The notes under the pieces are model-generated. The model ran no database searches and had not been told where the DNA came from. It was given only the letters and a program-made list of their open reading frames with translations. Source: the human T2T-CHM13v2.0 reference genome, Homo sapiens. Taken from it: 64,000 bases of DNA. A program made the translations under genes and the position numbers. Numbering within the stretch: the stretch's first letter is position 1; every line of letters begins with the position of its first letter. Below, piece after piece: positions 29,044 through 64,000 of the stretch. The DNA lies in the NCBI RefSeq assembly GCF_009914755.1, contig NC_060940.1; one strand, written 5' to 3'.

Positions 29044-29385
29044 CAGGATCCAGGCCAGGCTGTGGTTTCCCCTGAACCAGCCCTGGACCTTTCTGAGCCA
29101 GGCTGGCCACATGGGGTGGTCTCGGGGTTTCTGCCTGCCCCGTGGGCATAGGTGGACAGGCTCTGGCAGCCGGGCAGTGCCCTCCCCGTCCCATGCTCGG
29201 CGAGCCTCCCTCTACTCGGCACTGTCCTTGCTGCCCAGCCCCTCTCTGGGTGCCAGGTACGACGCTTGCCCCGGCCCACCCTCCATCCCCACCCTCCATC
29301 CCCACCCTAGATGGAGCGAGGGCCTTTTTACTCACCTTTTCTACCGTTTTTAGACTGTATGTAGATTTGGTTACCTCCTGGTTGA

Positions 29386-29391
29386 AATAAA
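29386..29391 (+). terminator. TRAF7: TRAF7 proximal polyadenylation signal
   Basis: AATAAA with upstream TGTA elements and downstream GT-rich sequence. Confidence 0.75.
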
Positions 29392-29662
29392 TGCTCCACA
29401 GACTGTGGCTGTGAGTGGGGACAGCTCCTCGGGACAAGGGGGCTGTGTGTGGCCTTGAGGTTGGTGTGCACAGGCACTGGCTGCTGTGAGTGGGGGGGCA
29501 TGGGGCAGTTTCCTTTGGTGGACCCCAGGACTTCGGCCCACTCCGGGGCCTCCCCTCCCTGCTAGGAGGCAACTCGTCACACCCAAGCTGCTGGCCTCCA
29601 GTCCCATCTCCCCCAACACATGTGCCCCCAAAAAGTGAGCCAGGCACCTCTGTTTCCTGCTG

Positions 29663-29668
29663 TTTATT
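29663..29668 (-). terminator. CASKIN1: CASKIN1 polyadenylation signal
   Basis: TTTATT on +; first minus-strand AATAAA I can find downstream of the CASKIN1 stop. Confidence 0.8.
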
Positions 29669-30572
29669 GACAGCCGACGGCAGCGCCTTGCCCAGACCTC
29701 CCCTGCCCACCTGCTGGAGCCCAGCCTGTGCCGCCCTCTGAGGAGAGGCCTGGGGGGACAGCTGGGCACGTCCACTCGCAGGGAAACACGGGGTGAGACA
29801 GCAGGAAGGGGCCCTGCACGCCGGGACGCCACCTCCGCCAGCCGCCTCCACCCGCCCCACACCACAATCGCTGGTTTTCGGCATTTTTTAAATTTTTTTT
29901 TTAAGAAACGTCAAAGTTGTGCCCAACACTGTGGATCAGCAAACACGATAGAGGAGACCAGTCAGTACTTCTTGGAGGGGGCAGGAGGAGAGAGGAAAAG
30001 GGAGGGCGAGAATGACCACACAACACAGCCTTGGACCATGAGCAGAAGCGTCCGTGGGAACTCCACTGGGGTGGATGGGCTGCCTGCACAGCCCCTGGAG
30101 AGGGGGCCAGGCACACCCTCAGAGGAGCTGCAAGCCCGTGGCCTGGCCTGCTACATGCCCTGCTTCCACGTGGCTGCCACGCTGACACACCCACATTCAC
30201 CAAACCCACCCGCGCCCTGGGACGCAGCCACGCCAGGAGGAGGACACGGCCGCCGAGAGCAAGGCACAACCTCGAGTTCTTGGGGCGCAGAGAACTTAGG
30301 AGAGAAGCACGGAGGAGCCCCCGGCAGAGCACCCGCCCCCGGGCCCCAGCCTTCCACCTGTGCTAGCAGCCTGGGGCCTCCACTCTGGCCGGAGGAAGGA
30401 CCGCAGGCAGACAGCCTGGGCCTCTAACAGCTTTTGTCCGGAGCTAGACTTCGTGTCCTTTCAGTTGGTAAATGGTTTTCTATAGAATCAATAATATTTC
30501 TTTCTTTAAATATATATTTGTTAAAGTTATACCTTTTTGTTTCTCTGGGGAAATCCGCCTCAGCTCATTCCC

Positions 30573-30578
30573 AATAAA
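30573..30578 (+). terminator. TRAF7: TRAF7 distal polyadenylation signal
   Basis: AATAAA after an AT-rich block, followed by G-rich sequence. Confidence 0.75.
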
Positions 30579-31018
30579 TTAATACTCTTGATAGCTTATA
30601 TTCTGGGGGTGCGGTGGGGCAGGGGGGCCCTGACCTTGGTCCCCTGTCCCTTGTGCTGCGCCCGAGCGGCTGGCCGGGCGTCCCGATGGGCAGTTCTGTG
30701 CTGGGCCCGGGCCTGTGCGCTGCCCCATCCCTGGTCCCGGGGCGCCCTCCCCTCCCGCGCGGGCAGGAGGCCCAGCAGGTATTGCACGGGGAGCAGCAGG
30801 TGGGGAGGACCCGCGGGCGCAGGGTCTGCCTAGAGCCCTTGGAGCCCCCGGCCAGGCGGTCCCCGGTGGGCGCCCCGGCCCGGGTCCAGGGGCCGGAGTT
30901 GTGCTTCTGCAGGGCCCTGCCCGGCCGCTCGCGCCGCGCCCAGACGCGCCCATCCTGAGGTATAGGTCAGTGTGCGGGGAGGGCCCGGGCGGCGCGGGAG
31001 GGCCCGGCCAGGCGGCGT

Positions 31019-48902
<17,884 letters not shown>

Positions 48903-50404
48903 GGCGCGGCCGGGGCCGCAGCGACGCGGCTGCGCTCGTGAGCTCGGCGCGGCTCAGAGGCGGCGGCGGCCCCGCGGCACCGGCCGCCTCCCCCGCCGCC
49001 TCCCCCGCCGCCTCCTCGCCGCCCGCCGCCCCTTCGCCCTCCTCGGGCTCCGGCTTGGGCTCGGGCTCCCGGCGCGGAGGGGGCGGGGAGCGCGTCACGG
49101 GCGGGGGGCGGCCCGGGGGCGGGGGCGCGCGGCGGGCGCGGGGCGGGGGCGCGGCACCTGGCGCCGCCTCCCGGACGCCGGGGTCCGCTCCCGGGCCGCC
49201 GACCTCCGTCAGCCCGCGCCGGCCGCGCGCCCGGGCCCGTGGCTCCGCCCTCCCCGCGCCCGCCCCGGGACGCCCCCTCCCCACGTGCGCGCAGCGCGCT
49301 CAGGCCAGGCCTCTGCGGACGCGGGCGGCCTGGGGCTGCTAGCCGGGCTGGGGACGCGGCCGCCGGGGGTGCACTGGGAGCCCCGACGCGGCGGCGGCGC
49401 GGGGCTGAGCCCAGAGAGGCTTCCAGAGGCTGCGGGACCCGCGGGGGACGGTTCCGAGGCAGCGGGCGGGCGGGGACCGGGCGCCGAGAGACCCGGGCGC
49501 CAGTGCCCCTGGAGCCGGCCCGCCAGGCTGTCAGGCGTTCCTGGCCCAGGGTTCCCGTGGGAGGTGTCGAGGGATTGTGAAGAGGAATCTCCCAATAATG
49601 AATTCGGTGTCAGGGAACCCGCACCCCCAACCCCCAAGCATCCTCCTGCTCCTCTCCGCAAATAATGCGGGCGCCACAGCTTCCCCCAGCCTCAGTCCGA
49701 AGCCTGACCCCAAGGTAGCCCCCACCACCCCCACTGAGGGAGCTCAACTCCCCACTCCCCGCACCGACTGGGGGTCGCCTCCATCTCCATCCACAGGGGC
49801 TGGAACCTCCCGCCGGCACCAACCGACCCCTGGCCCACGTCTGCCCACTCTCCAGCCTGCAGCCCAGGCAGGCGAGTCCTGCTTCCTGGGTGCTGGAGGC
49901 CCCGACTTGTGACCCTCTGAGCTCCTGGCTGAAGGCTTGGGCCACCCTGCGCCTCAGGCCCTCTCCCGTCAGGCCTGCAGCATTCTAGAGGCAGATCAGT
50001 GGGGGTCTGAGTCCCGACTCAGGCTCCGTTTCCCTCATCACCCAAGCGGGCAAGGCCGTTTGGAGAATTTGGGGAGGGTCGCACCCATTCTATGAGGCAT
50101 GGCCTGGCACCCTACTCTGTGTGGCCCCAGACCATTGAGCAGGTCCAGGGGGACAGAGGAGGTCAGACAGCAGGGACAGGGAAGGTGACAGGCACCGGGG
50201 TCCCGGCATCCTGTGGGCAGCTGGCCGTTCCCGTTCCCTCCGTGGGGTCTCCTGTTAGGTTCAGGTAGCAGCCCTTGGTCTTCCAGCACTCCTGGGAGGG
50301 GTCCCCAAATGCTAGGGCCTTTCCTCTTGCCCTTTCCAATGACCAGTTGAGTACCCGCTGGGTCAGGCACTGTGCTGGTCACCTCCTAGATGAGGTTGGA
50401 CTCA

Positions 50405-50970
50405 CTGTCCCCATTTTACAGATGAAGAAACTGAGGCTCAGAGAAGCCAAGGGGCTCACCTGGGGTCCCAGAGTCTTGAGGTTGTGAGTCTGGGCTTTGC
50501 ACCCGCACCTCTGGATGTGTCCTATTCCCCCTCTTAGTGGTTTGTGACCATGAGCTGGTCACTTTGTCATTCTTTTTTCTGAGACAGGGTCTCGCTCTGT
50601 CATCCAGGCTGGGGTGCAGTGACGCCATCATAGCTCACTGCAGCCTCAACATCCCAGGCTCAAGCAGTCCTCCCGCCTCAGCCTCCTGAGTAGCGCCAGG
50701 CTAATTTTTTTTGATTTTTAATAGAGATGAGGTCTCAGTATGTTACCTAGACTGGTCTCGAACTCCTGGCCTCAAGCAGTCCTCCCACCTCAACCTCCCA
50801 AAGTGCTGGGATTGCAGACGTGAGCTACCACACCCAGCCCACTGCCTAAGTGTCTGTGCCCCTCTGTAAAATGAGGATATGCATGCTACCTCCCCTTAGG
50901 TTACTGGAGGATAAATTGTGATACTATCCACAAAGCATTTCACGGCAGGACTTAGTAAGTGCTCAAAAAA
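50405..50970. mobile_element. MIR fragments flanking an antisense Alu (about 50574-50840)
   Basis: MIR core cccattttacagatgaagaaactgaggctcagaga; ctctgtaaaatgaggata; Alu consensus between them. Confidence 0.8.
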
Positions 50971-52939
50971 ATGGCTGCTGTAGATATTGTGATATTCTTG
51001 GGCCTCTCTGCCTGTGCAGCAACTGTGTTTTGTGCATCTTTGTATCTACGCTACCTTGCAGTGTGAAGAGCACATAGGAAGAACTAAAAATAAAAATAAG
51101 ATAGCTGCTGGCATTACTATTACTTTTATGTTTTGGACATGTTAAGGCAAACCACCCTGACCTGTGCTTAACACACAAACAGAAGCCCACACACCAAATG
51201 TTCAAATATTTAAACGCTACAAATCACGCCAGTCACCTGTTAAGTATGTTCTATCCTCCTACCTTGACAAATATACCTTCATCATGGCCTGAAAGCCCAA
51301 GTTCGAATTGAGAATTCTCAGATTCCTCGGGTGATGAACTGGCCCCCGTTTGTAGCCACCTCACCTGTTCTCTGCTCAGCTCCAGCACTGTCCACACCCC
51401 ATAAACAGGCACCCCCTTAGTCGCTCCTCAGAGCTAGGGTGGGCACCCTGCTGCGTGGCCCACCTTCAGGAGGACAGACTGGGCAGAGGGCTGTGCCGAT
51501 CCTGGAAGTGGGCTTGGGGCTGTTTGGGCAGGAAACTCCAGGGTCCTACGTGCTCAGAGTGTGGTCTAGAAGGGGCACCTAGGCTCCAGGTGGATTGCTG
51601 CTCAGGACCTCAGAGATTCCTCACCCCATGGGGTGCAGTGTGGCAGGAGGGGACCAGAGCCTTCTGCTAGGTGAGGATAAGCCCAGGAGGGACTGGGAAG
51701 CGTTGGATCTGATGCTGTAACCAGTAACTTTGGGTGAGTCCCCGATGCTCAGCTGCCTCATCTGTGAAATGGGCCAGCAGCTCCGCCTGCAGCCTAGGGC
51801 TGACGGGAAGGTCCCCATGAAAACAGATGTGTGTCTGCCTGGGGACCCTGCAGCCTGGGGATGGGGGGGCAGGGCAGGCGGCCACTCTGGCTGGGGGATG
51901 AGGATGCAGAGGTGTGGGACTCGGGCAGCCCTCCAGGAAGTCAAGCCTCCAAGGATGATCCTGGGAGGGGGCCTCTGAGCCAGCAGAATTGCTGAGGCTC
52001 AGCCTGGAATGGAGCTGGCGGAGGCTTCACTGCAGCCTGGGCTGGCCTCCTTCCCAGATGTACGGTGTGTGCCGGCCAGCCCGCAGCCCCTTCCTCTGCC
52101 CACTGGCTGTGTGTCTGCTCAGGGGCTCCCTGGTGGTCCCCCAAGCCCCCAAAGCTCTGGTATGGGCATGAGGAACGTGCCCTCCCATGGGCTGGCTGCT
52201 GTGGCTCCTCTCATTCTTGTGGCACCGCCTCTGACAGCACTGAGCTGGGGCCCGGACCATCACCGAGGATCGACCCCCACACACCACCGTCCCAGCCTCC
52301 TGCCCCACAGAAATGCAGGAGCTACTCAGGTTGGGTTGGGGCCACGACCAGTTTGTCAGCTTCCCCTAGGCTTGGGACACATGCAGGCTCCCAGAGCTGG
52401 CCCCTGCCCTCAGCCCCCATGTGCCGCCCAGAGGCCCCACGGAAAAGGCAAACAGTGCAGGGCCCTGAGACACGTAGGACCCCACGCACCTAGCTGAGCC
52501 TGCCTCAGCCCCACCCTGTCTCCTGCTCTCTGCTCCCGGGTCTATGCTGCTCCAGACACTGCTGGGATTCGAAGGCGCTTCCTCTCCCAGCCATCCAAGC
52601 CCACATGCTCACCTCTACTCCCCAAAGCTGCCCCAAGCCTGGTATAGAGCCTGGTTAGAGAGCCCCTGTCTACTTCGAGAGGAAGATGAGGAGGACTATG
52701 GGGTGCAGGGGCTGCCTGGGGAGTAGTCACCTCACCAGAAGGGGCATGATCAGTGGCAGGTGGAGCCCCAGCAGGATGGGGCCCGGCCTAGAGCTGAACA
52801 AACCCTGGGCTCCACCACCTTCTAGCCCTATGCCCTCCACATGCAATTCTGCATCTCTGAGCCTCAGTTTTCTCATCTCCAAAATGAGGGTGATTCTTCC
52901 CTACTGGAGTCATTGTGAGGACTCCATGCATAAGGCAGG

Positions 52940-53164
52940 TAAAATGCTCCTATAGCCCAGCAATTCCGCTCTGCGTATTTACCAAGAGATGCAAACACGT
53001 TCTCAGACATTGGCACACAACCACACAACCATTCACAGCAGCCCCATTCATGACAGCCAAAAAGGAGGAGACACCCCAAATGTCCACCTATGGACGAGAA
53101 GATACATAAAACGTGCTCTAGTCATACAGTGGAATATTACTTAGCCATAGAAAAAGAATGTACT

Positions 53165-53165
<1 letters not shown>
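52940..53165 (+). mobile_element. Old L1M 3' fragment
   Basis: cccagcaattccgctct...cattcacagcagc...ccaaatgtcca...catacagtggaatattacttagccata resembles the L1 ORF2/3' UTR end. Confidence 0.75.
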
Positions 53166-54620
<1,455 letters not shown>

Positions 54621-54662
54621 GAGGAGAACATGTCTCCTTTGGCCAGAGTACAGGACCCATGG

Positions 54663-55038
54663 AGTATTAGTCCATTTTCATACTGCAATAAAGAACACCT
54701 GAGACTGGATAATTTATAAAGGAAAGAGGTGTAGTTGACTCACAGTTCAGCATGGCTGGGGAGGCCTCAGGAAAGTTACAATCATGGCGGAAGGCGAAGC
54801 GGAAGCAAGGCACCTTCTCCGCAAGGCGGCAGGAAGGAGAAGTGGAGCAAAGGAGGAGGAACCCCTTATAAAACCATCAGATCTCTTGAGATCTCACTCA
54901 CTATCATGAGAACGGCATGGGGGAACCTGCCCTCATGATTCAGTTACCTCCACCTGGTCTCTCCTTTGACACATGGGGATTATGGGGATTACAATTCAAG
55001 ACGAGATTTGGGTGGGGACACAAAGCCTAATGGTATCA
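54663..55038 (-). mobile_element. Solo ERVL-MaLR LTR (THE1/MSTA family)
   Basis: 376 bp, gtattagtcc...gagatttgggtggggacaca...tatca, with 5-bp TSD CATGG at 54658-54662 and 55039-55043. Confidence 0.92.
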
Positions 55039-55159
55039 CATGGAGAGGAGATGGAAGCCACAGGATGGGCCAGGGCCAGGGCCAGGCCCAGGAGTCTGGA
55101 GAGGGACAGGGACCCCTGAGGGCTTCTAATGGGGTGATCAAGTCATTCCTAGGTTTTGC

Positions 55160-57130
<1,971 letters not shown>

Positions 57131-57465
57131 CTAGAAAAATGGTGAGGACCGCTCTTTGAAGAAGATAATTTGGGATTGTTTTATGGTGTTTTTTTAAAGG
57201 CTAACCGGCAGGAAGGAGAGGAGGTGAAGGTATAGGAAGGAAGGCTCCATGGGAACTATGGCCTGGTCAAGGGACAAGATGCACCCCCTCTGCGGCCAGA
57301 GGAAGGGGTGCAGCCAGGTCTGTAAGAGCAGCAGGAAAAAACCATGCGACAGCCTGTCTCAAGGGTGAGGGCACCGGCGTGGAGCTCACAGAGCTGGAAT
57401 GAGGGCCTGTGGTTTTGAGGGGGACCCTGGGCTCAGTGGGATGTCCTGAGGGTCAGGCTGGGGCT

Positions 57466-57620
57466 GGGGTGCCAGATCTAGCAAGTAAAACTACAGGATA
57501 CCCAATAAAATTTTTTTAGCATAAGTATTTCCCATGCAATGTCCTGGATATACTTACACTAAAAAAAAAATTATTCGTTACTTGTCTGAATTCAAGTCCT
57601 GTAATTTTCAGCCAATCCTA
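57466..57620. mobile_element. MER53-like palindromic MITE remnant
   Basis: tacaggatacccaa...tagcataagtatttcccatgcaatgtcctggatatacttacactaaaaaa...ttattcgtt...tcctgta imperfect palindrome; family assigned from memory. Confidence 0.6.
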
Positions 57621-58360
57621 GCCCAGCGTGGCGCAGTAGTGGGTCAGGGAGGGCACCGGAACAGCGCGACCCGACAGCCTGGGAAACGGACAGCCGTGTC
57701 AGAAGGGCAGGTGCCAGTGGGCAGGAGGCCGGAGAGAAAGCCGCAGCTTCCTTCCACCTCGCGCCGGGCCCGCGGCCGCGCACGGGGACCGCTCCGAGTT
57801 CCTCCCGGCGGGAACCCCCCGCCCCAGAACTTTGGTCTCGTCCCACCCACCCCCGCCCGCGCCATGGTCTCGCCCTAGGGAGCCATCGATAACTCTACGC
57901 TCGGCCTCGATCGACTCGCTCCGGCTCCCCTCGCCGTCCTGGACACGGCGGAGTGCGGAGCCGCCCGTAAGGTACGGAGGCCGCGAGCCAGGGGCCGGGA
58001 ACCGGCTGCTGGGTGGCTGGGAGAGCACGGCCAGGGGAAGCCGGCCAGCAGGACGGAGCAAGGGCGGTCACCGGAGGAAAGGGGAGCTCGGGGGTCCAGC
58101 CAGACTGCGCCCTTTCCCATCAGGGCCTGCCGCTGGCCTGCTACGCATGCGCAGCCGCAGCGCTCGGCTTTCCCCGGCCCATCCGCCGCCTTGCGCACGC
58201 GCAGCCCGCCCCTGCGGCAGAGTGGCGCCCGCGCGTGACTCCCCCCTGCCGGCTGCGGAGGTGGGGGGGGACGGCGCCCCCGCCGTGTGCGTGGGGCGGG
58301 GATGGAGCACGCGCCCTGGAGCCCCGGAGCCAGGTATCACGCGTGTGACGCGTGTCCCTG
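57620..58360 (+). promoter_or_regulatory. MLST8: CpG island / MLST8 promoter with two candidate non-coding first exons
   Basis: Donors AAG|GTACGG at 57971/57972 and CAG|GTATCA at 58333/58334; NRF1-like CGCATGCGCA 58144-58153 and TGCGCACGCGCA 58192-58203. Confidence 0.8.
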
Positions 58361-58542
58361 AACCTACCTGCGCTTCTTGTCCCAACTCTAAAATGGGAAT
58401 GATAAGCGCCATTCGGCAGCGCCTTGTGGGTCTATAATCTACTTAGCACAGAGAGTGTCTTCTAAGTACTTCACATCCTTCTCTGCAGATGCTCTGACCT
58501 TTGACCCTGCCGTTCAGCTCTAGGGCCCGTGCAGGCCACACC

Positions 58543-61334
58543 ATGAACACCTCCCCAGGCACGGTGGGCAGTGACCCGGTCATCCTGGCCACTGCAGGCT
58601 ACGACCACACCGTGCGCTTCTGGCAGGCCCACAGCGGCATCTGCACCCGGACGGTGCAGCACCAGGACTCCGTATCCTCCACCCGGGGCGGGCAGGGCGG
58701 CGCTGGGGGGATGCCTCGTGTGGGGACCACAGCCTGTGTGAAGGCCAGATGGTGGAGGCCTGGGGGGCCCTGGCCTCAGGGTTACCTTCCCGTCATCCTC
58801 CTTAACAGTCCCAGCAGGTGAATGCCTTGGAGGTCACACCGGACCGCAGCATGATTGCTGCTGCAGGTATCTGTGATCCTTGATCTCTAAACTCCTGAGC
58901 TCTGGTGGGTCGACCTGAGCACAGCCAAGCTTCAGTTCAGCCTGTGTCCCTAGGTTACCAGCACATCCGCATGTATGATCTCAACTCCAATAACCCTAAC
59001 CCCATCATCAGCTACGACGGCGTCAACAAGAACATCGCGTCTGTGGGCTTCCACGAAGACGGCCGCTGGATGTACACGGGCGGCGAGGACTGCACAGCCA
59101 GGATCTGGGACCTCAGGTGCGGTGGGGAGGGGGCGTGCTGCCCGGGGCTGGGGTGGGCTGCTCTGGGAGACCGTTTTAGGTTGGGTTCTCTTCAAGCAGA
59201 GGCTGAGACAGGGAGCTTCCTGTGGGCGACTTACTGAGAGAAGTGAGGACAGGAGGAGAGTGAATTGCATCAGAGCGCGAGTCCTGCCTTGAGCCCGGAG
59301 CCAGCTTGTTATTCCCCTTCCACCAGCCACTGGCTTAGGCTCCCTGCTGGAGCAGAGGGCCCTGCGTCCCAAGTATTTCCCAAGAGGCAGGTCCTTCAGC
59401 AGAGGGAGGGGAGGAATGGCCAGGCCGAGGCCATCTGGGTAGGGCACCAACAAGCCCAGATGGACAGCATGTGCCCCGGCCCGGCCCGCAGGTCCCGGAA
59501 CCTGCAGTGCCAGCGGATCTTCCAGGTGAACGCACCCATTAACTGCGTGTGCCTGCACCCGAACCAGGTGAGGGGTGCTCATGGGGCCAGGCACCCTGGG
59601 ACTTTGGAGGGCTGGGCTTGGGCCCTGCCTCACCACCCCTGCACCCCAGGCAGAGCTCATCGTGGGTGACCAGAGCGGGGCTATCCACATCTGGGACTTG
59701 AAAACAGACCACAACGAGCAGCTGATCCCTGAGCCCGAGGTCTCCATCACGTCCGCCCACATCGATCCCGACGCCAGCTACATGGCAGCTGTCAATAGCA
59801 CCGTGAGTCCTGGTGGCAGGTGCTGGGTGCGGGCAGCTTGGCACTCAGCCCTCAGCCTCTGCAGGTGGGCTTATTCCTGGATGTCCCTTAGCGGCCCCCT
59901 CCTGCTTTCCCCATCCCGGGCACTAACACCCACCTTGCCAGCAAAGCCAGAAGCCTTAGTGTCGCTCCCGATGGCTTAGTCCTGTCTGCAGGTCGGTCAC
60001 TCCGCTTTCTGGAGTCTCTCCCAAGTCGATCCACTTCCCTCTTTTCACTCTGTTGCCTCCTGGTCCCAGTCACCCTTGTTTCTGGTGACGGCTGACACAC
60101 TCTCTGAGGCTTCCTTTCCCCCTCCCTGACCTCCCCTGGCCCCTGACACGTTCTCTCTTGGATGCTTCTAGTGGTGCCTGGTCAGTATCAGCCAGGTGGC
60201 GTCATTCCCCTGAGGAGACCCGGGGCTGCTGGCCTCGCCCGTAGGCTGCTGTGGCGTGGCCCCTGCTCTTCTCTCCAGCCTCATTTTTTTTCATTAACTT
60301 CATTTAATCCCAGTGCATCACTTGTACCTCTTGCCCCCGGATTTCCCTTCTGCTGGCCTTTGTCATGCTGTCTCTCTAGCTGGTGCCCTTCTCCTGTCTA
60401 CTTCCGTTGGCCATCGGCATCCTCCAGGAAGGAGAATTTGAGTCCTTGGCCAGGCGTGGCCTCCTGTTCTTGGCTTGCCAGGTGTGGCCCTTGGTTGGGG
60501 CCAGGCTTCCCAGGTGCCTTCTGCAGGCAGGACCAGAGGGGCCTGCCTGCCCCTCACCCGGGGTCCCCATGCACAGTTGGCCCCCAGTGTTGGCCCCCAG
60601 GGCATCCTTCCCTGTGTCTCAGACCTGAGGCCTTGGGCCCTCCGTGACGGTCCTCCTGACCTCTAGGGAAACTGCTATGTCTGGAATCTGACGGGGGGCA
60701 TTGGTGACGAGGTGACCCAGCTCATCCCCAAGACTAAGATCCCTGCCCACACGCGCTACGCCCTGCAGTGTCGCTTCAGCCCCGACTCCACGTGCGTGCA
60801 GGGCCTGCTGGCCCGGGAGGGGACCTGCCTGGGCTGGGGGCTGGAGAGGGGAGGGGCTGCTGGATGGAGTGGCTGCTGCTGGACACGCCCCATGCCCACC
60901 CACTAGGCTCCTCGCCACCTGCTCGGCTGATCAGACGTGCAAGATCTGGAGGACGTCCAACTTCTCCCTGATGACGGAGCTGAGCATCAAGAGCGGCAAC
61001 CCCGGGGAGTCCTCCCGCGGCTGGATGTGGGGCTGCGCCTTCTCGGGGGACTCCCAGTACATCGTCACTGGTGAGCCCCGCCCTGGCCTCCCCCATCCCT
61101 GGCCCCCGGCGCTGGCCTCCAGAGCCAGCCCACCTCGGCTGCAGCTTCCCCTCTGCTGGGGCCGCCTGCTTGGCCTGCACCTGCGCTCTTAGCCCTGCAC
61201 AATCTCCCCCTCCAGCTTCCTCGGACAACCTGGCCCGGCTCTGGTGTGTGGAGACTGGAGAGATCAAGAGAGAGTATGGCGGCCACCAGAAGGCTGTTGT
61301 CTGCCTGGCCTTCAATGACAGTGTGCTGGGCTAG
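58543..61334 (+). CDS. MLST8: Target of rapamycin complex subunit LST8 (WD40 protein), 8 coding exons, 326 aa
   Basis: Exons 58543-58671, 58815-58866, 58954-59116, 59492-59567, 59650-59802, 60667-60791, 60907-61070, 61216-61334; total 981 nt; [27 protein letters not shown]...[12 protein letters not shown]. Confidence 0.98.
58672..58814 (+). other. MLST8: U12-type (minor spliceosome) GT-AG intron of MLST8
   Basis: 5' site GTATCCTC, branch point TCCTTAAC 58799-58806, no polypyrimidine tract before the AG. Confidence 0.9.
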
Positions 61335-61723
61335 CCTGTGACCCCTCGGGACTGCCTGGTGCAGGTGGTGGCAGCTGGAGGGACCCATGCAGCACCCAGG
61401 TCAGAGCAGACCCTCCCCTGCCGGCCTGCGCCAGCTGGACCTGATGGCCCCCTGTGGCGCCTTGACCTGCTGGGCCAGGCTGCCCTGGGACTCTCAGCCC
61501 CCAGTTGCTTATCCAGATGTGACAGAGCTCGACCCAAGCCAGGCTGCACACTCCTGGACTGGGCTAGCCTGCACTGCCTGGGAAAGTCGGCCGAGGGCCC
61601 AAAGCTGCTGAGGGGTCTGAGGCTGGTGCCCACCCCCAAGCTAGTGCGTTCTCTGCCCCTCCCTGCCCGCGTTTCAGGGCCTCGGTCCATAGAGAACACC
61701 ACCACCATGGCCAGGTGGAAGGG

Positions 61724-61729
61724 TTTATT
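61724..61729 (-). terminator. BRICD5: BRICD5 polyadenylation signal
   Basis: TTTATT on +, 90 nt beyond the BRICD5 stop. Confidence 0.8.
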
Positions 61730-61818
61730 AGTCCCTGCCAGCAGCTGTCCTCCCTGGTGCAGGTGGCCTGGCCAGCCCACTGGATTGGGGACGGGCCAGG
61801 CTGGGCCAGGTCGGGGGC

Positions 61819-63290
<1,472 letters not shown>

Positions 63291-63880
63291 CCTGCAGCCC
63301 CTGCTCACAATGTGCCGATTGTCTGCGTCCCTTGTCTGCAGCCTTGGCCAGGGGAAACTCAGAACAGAACCCCTCCCCTCCTGACCCTGCACCTCCCCCT
63401 CAGCTCTGGATCTGATATCCAGGTCAGAGCCAGGACAGCCCCTCCTCCCACCTGGGGGATGCCTGTCACCAGGCCCGGCTCCAGACACCTGGCCTGTGCA
63501 GACTGGAGCTCAGGGTCTGGGAGGCGTAGGGCTCGGCCGCGTGGAAATCCAGTCCGGCTGACCGACTGGAGGGCAGCCCAGGCCCGGCCAGGGTGACTCG
63601 CTAAGTGTGGTTGGGGTGGATTTCGTTTTCCTAAAGTGGCCTGAGTCTGTCAGGTTATCCTTGACTCCCAGAGTTGGGCACAGGGCCTGACACGCCACAA
63701 GCTGTCAATACGTGCCTGTTCAGTGAATGACAGGTGTGGGACTGTGCACCCCCAGCCACTTCCCAGCCCCCGCACACCCAAGACCAGGGGGTTCCTGAAG
63801 CCTGGACCACAGACAGGCAGCCTGCTGGAGCCTGTGCCCCTGGGACAGTCAGGCCAGCCTCGGGGGCCCGCCTAGCCCAA

Positions 63881-64000
63881 CTTTTTTTTTTTTGAGACGG
63901 AGTCTCGCTGTGTCCCCCAGGCTGGAGTTCAGTGGCGTGATCTCAGCTCACTGCAACCTCTGCCTCCCGGGTTCACACAATTCTCATGCCTCAGCCTCCC
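63881..64000 (-). mobile_element. Alu truncated by window edge
   Basis: Poly(T) + gagacggagtctcgct... Confidence 0.9.

Noticed and set aside
51030-51330. AT-rich island upstream of CASKIN1
   Set aside because: Probably an old transposon remnant, but I cannot assign a family or function from sequence alone.
58867-58953. Second MLST8 intron beginning GTATCT as another U12 intron
   Set aside because: Departs from RTATCCTT after position 5, has CAG|GT U2-type context and no CCTTAAC branch point near the acceptor.

Overview
GC-rich, gene-dense human sequence recognisable as the 16p13.3 cluster RAB26(+), SNHG19/SNORD60(-), TRAF7(+), CASKIN1(-), MLST8(+), BRICD5(-). All five protein-coding genes were spliced by hand from the sequence into intact ORFs (256, 670, 1431, 326 and 228 aa). 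The window also holds five CpG islands, many Alus, a THE1/MST LTR, L1/L2/MIR remnants and several minisatellites. Almost all entries in the ORF track are GC-rich or Alu-derived noise. No wholly new gene system is evident. The most notable unexplained structure is regulatory: stacked in-frame uORFs before the TRAF7 start, a (CCG)n polyproline uORF before RAB26, a Z-DNA tract plus 39x41-bp VNTR filling TRAF7 intron 2, a DR1/G4 minisatellite inside a GC-AG intron of CASKIN1, a U12 intron in MLST8, and two tail-to-tail 3' overlaps. Repeat boundaries are approximate; exon boundaries were counted by hand.
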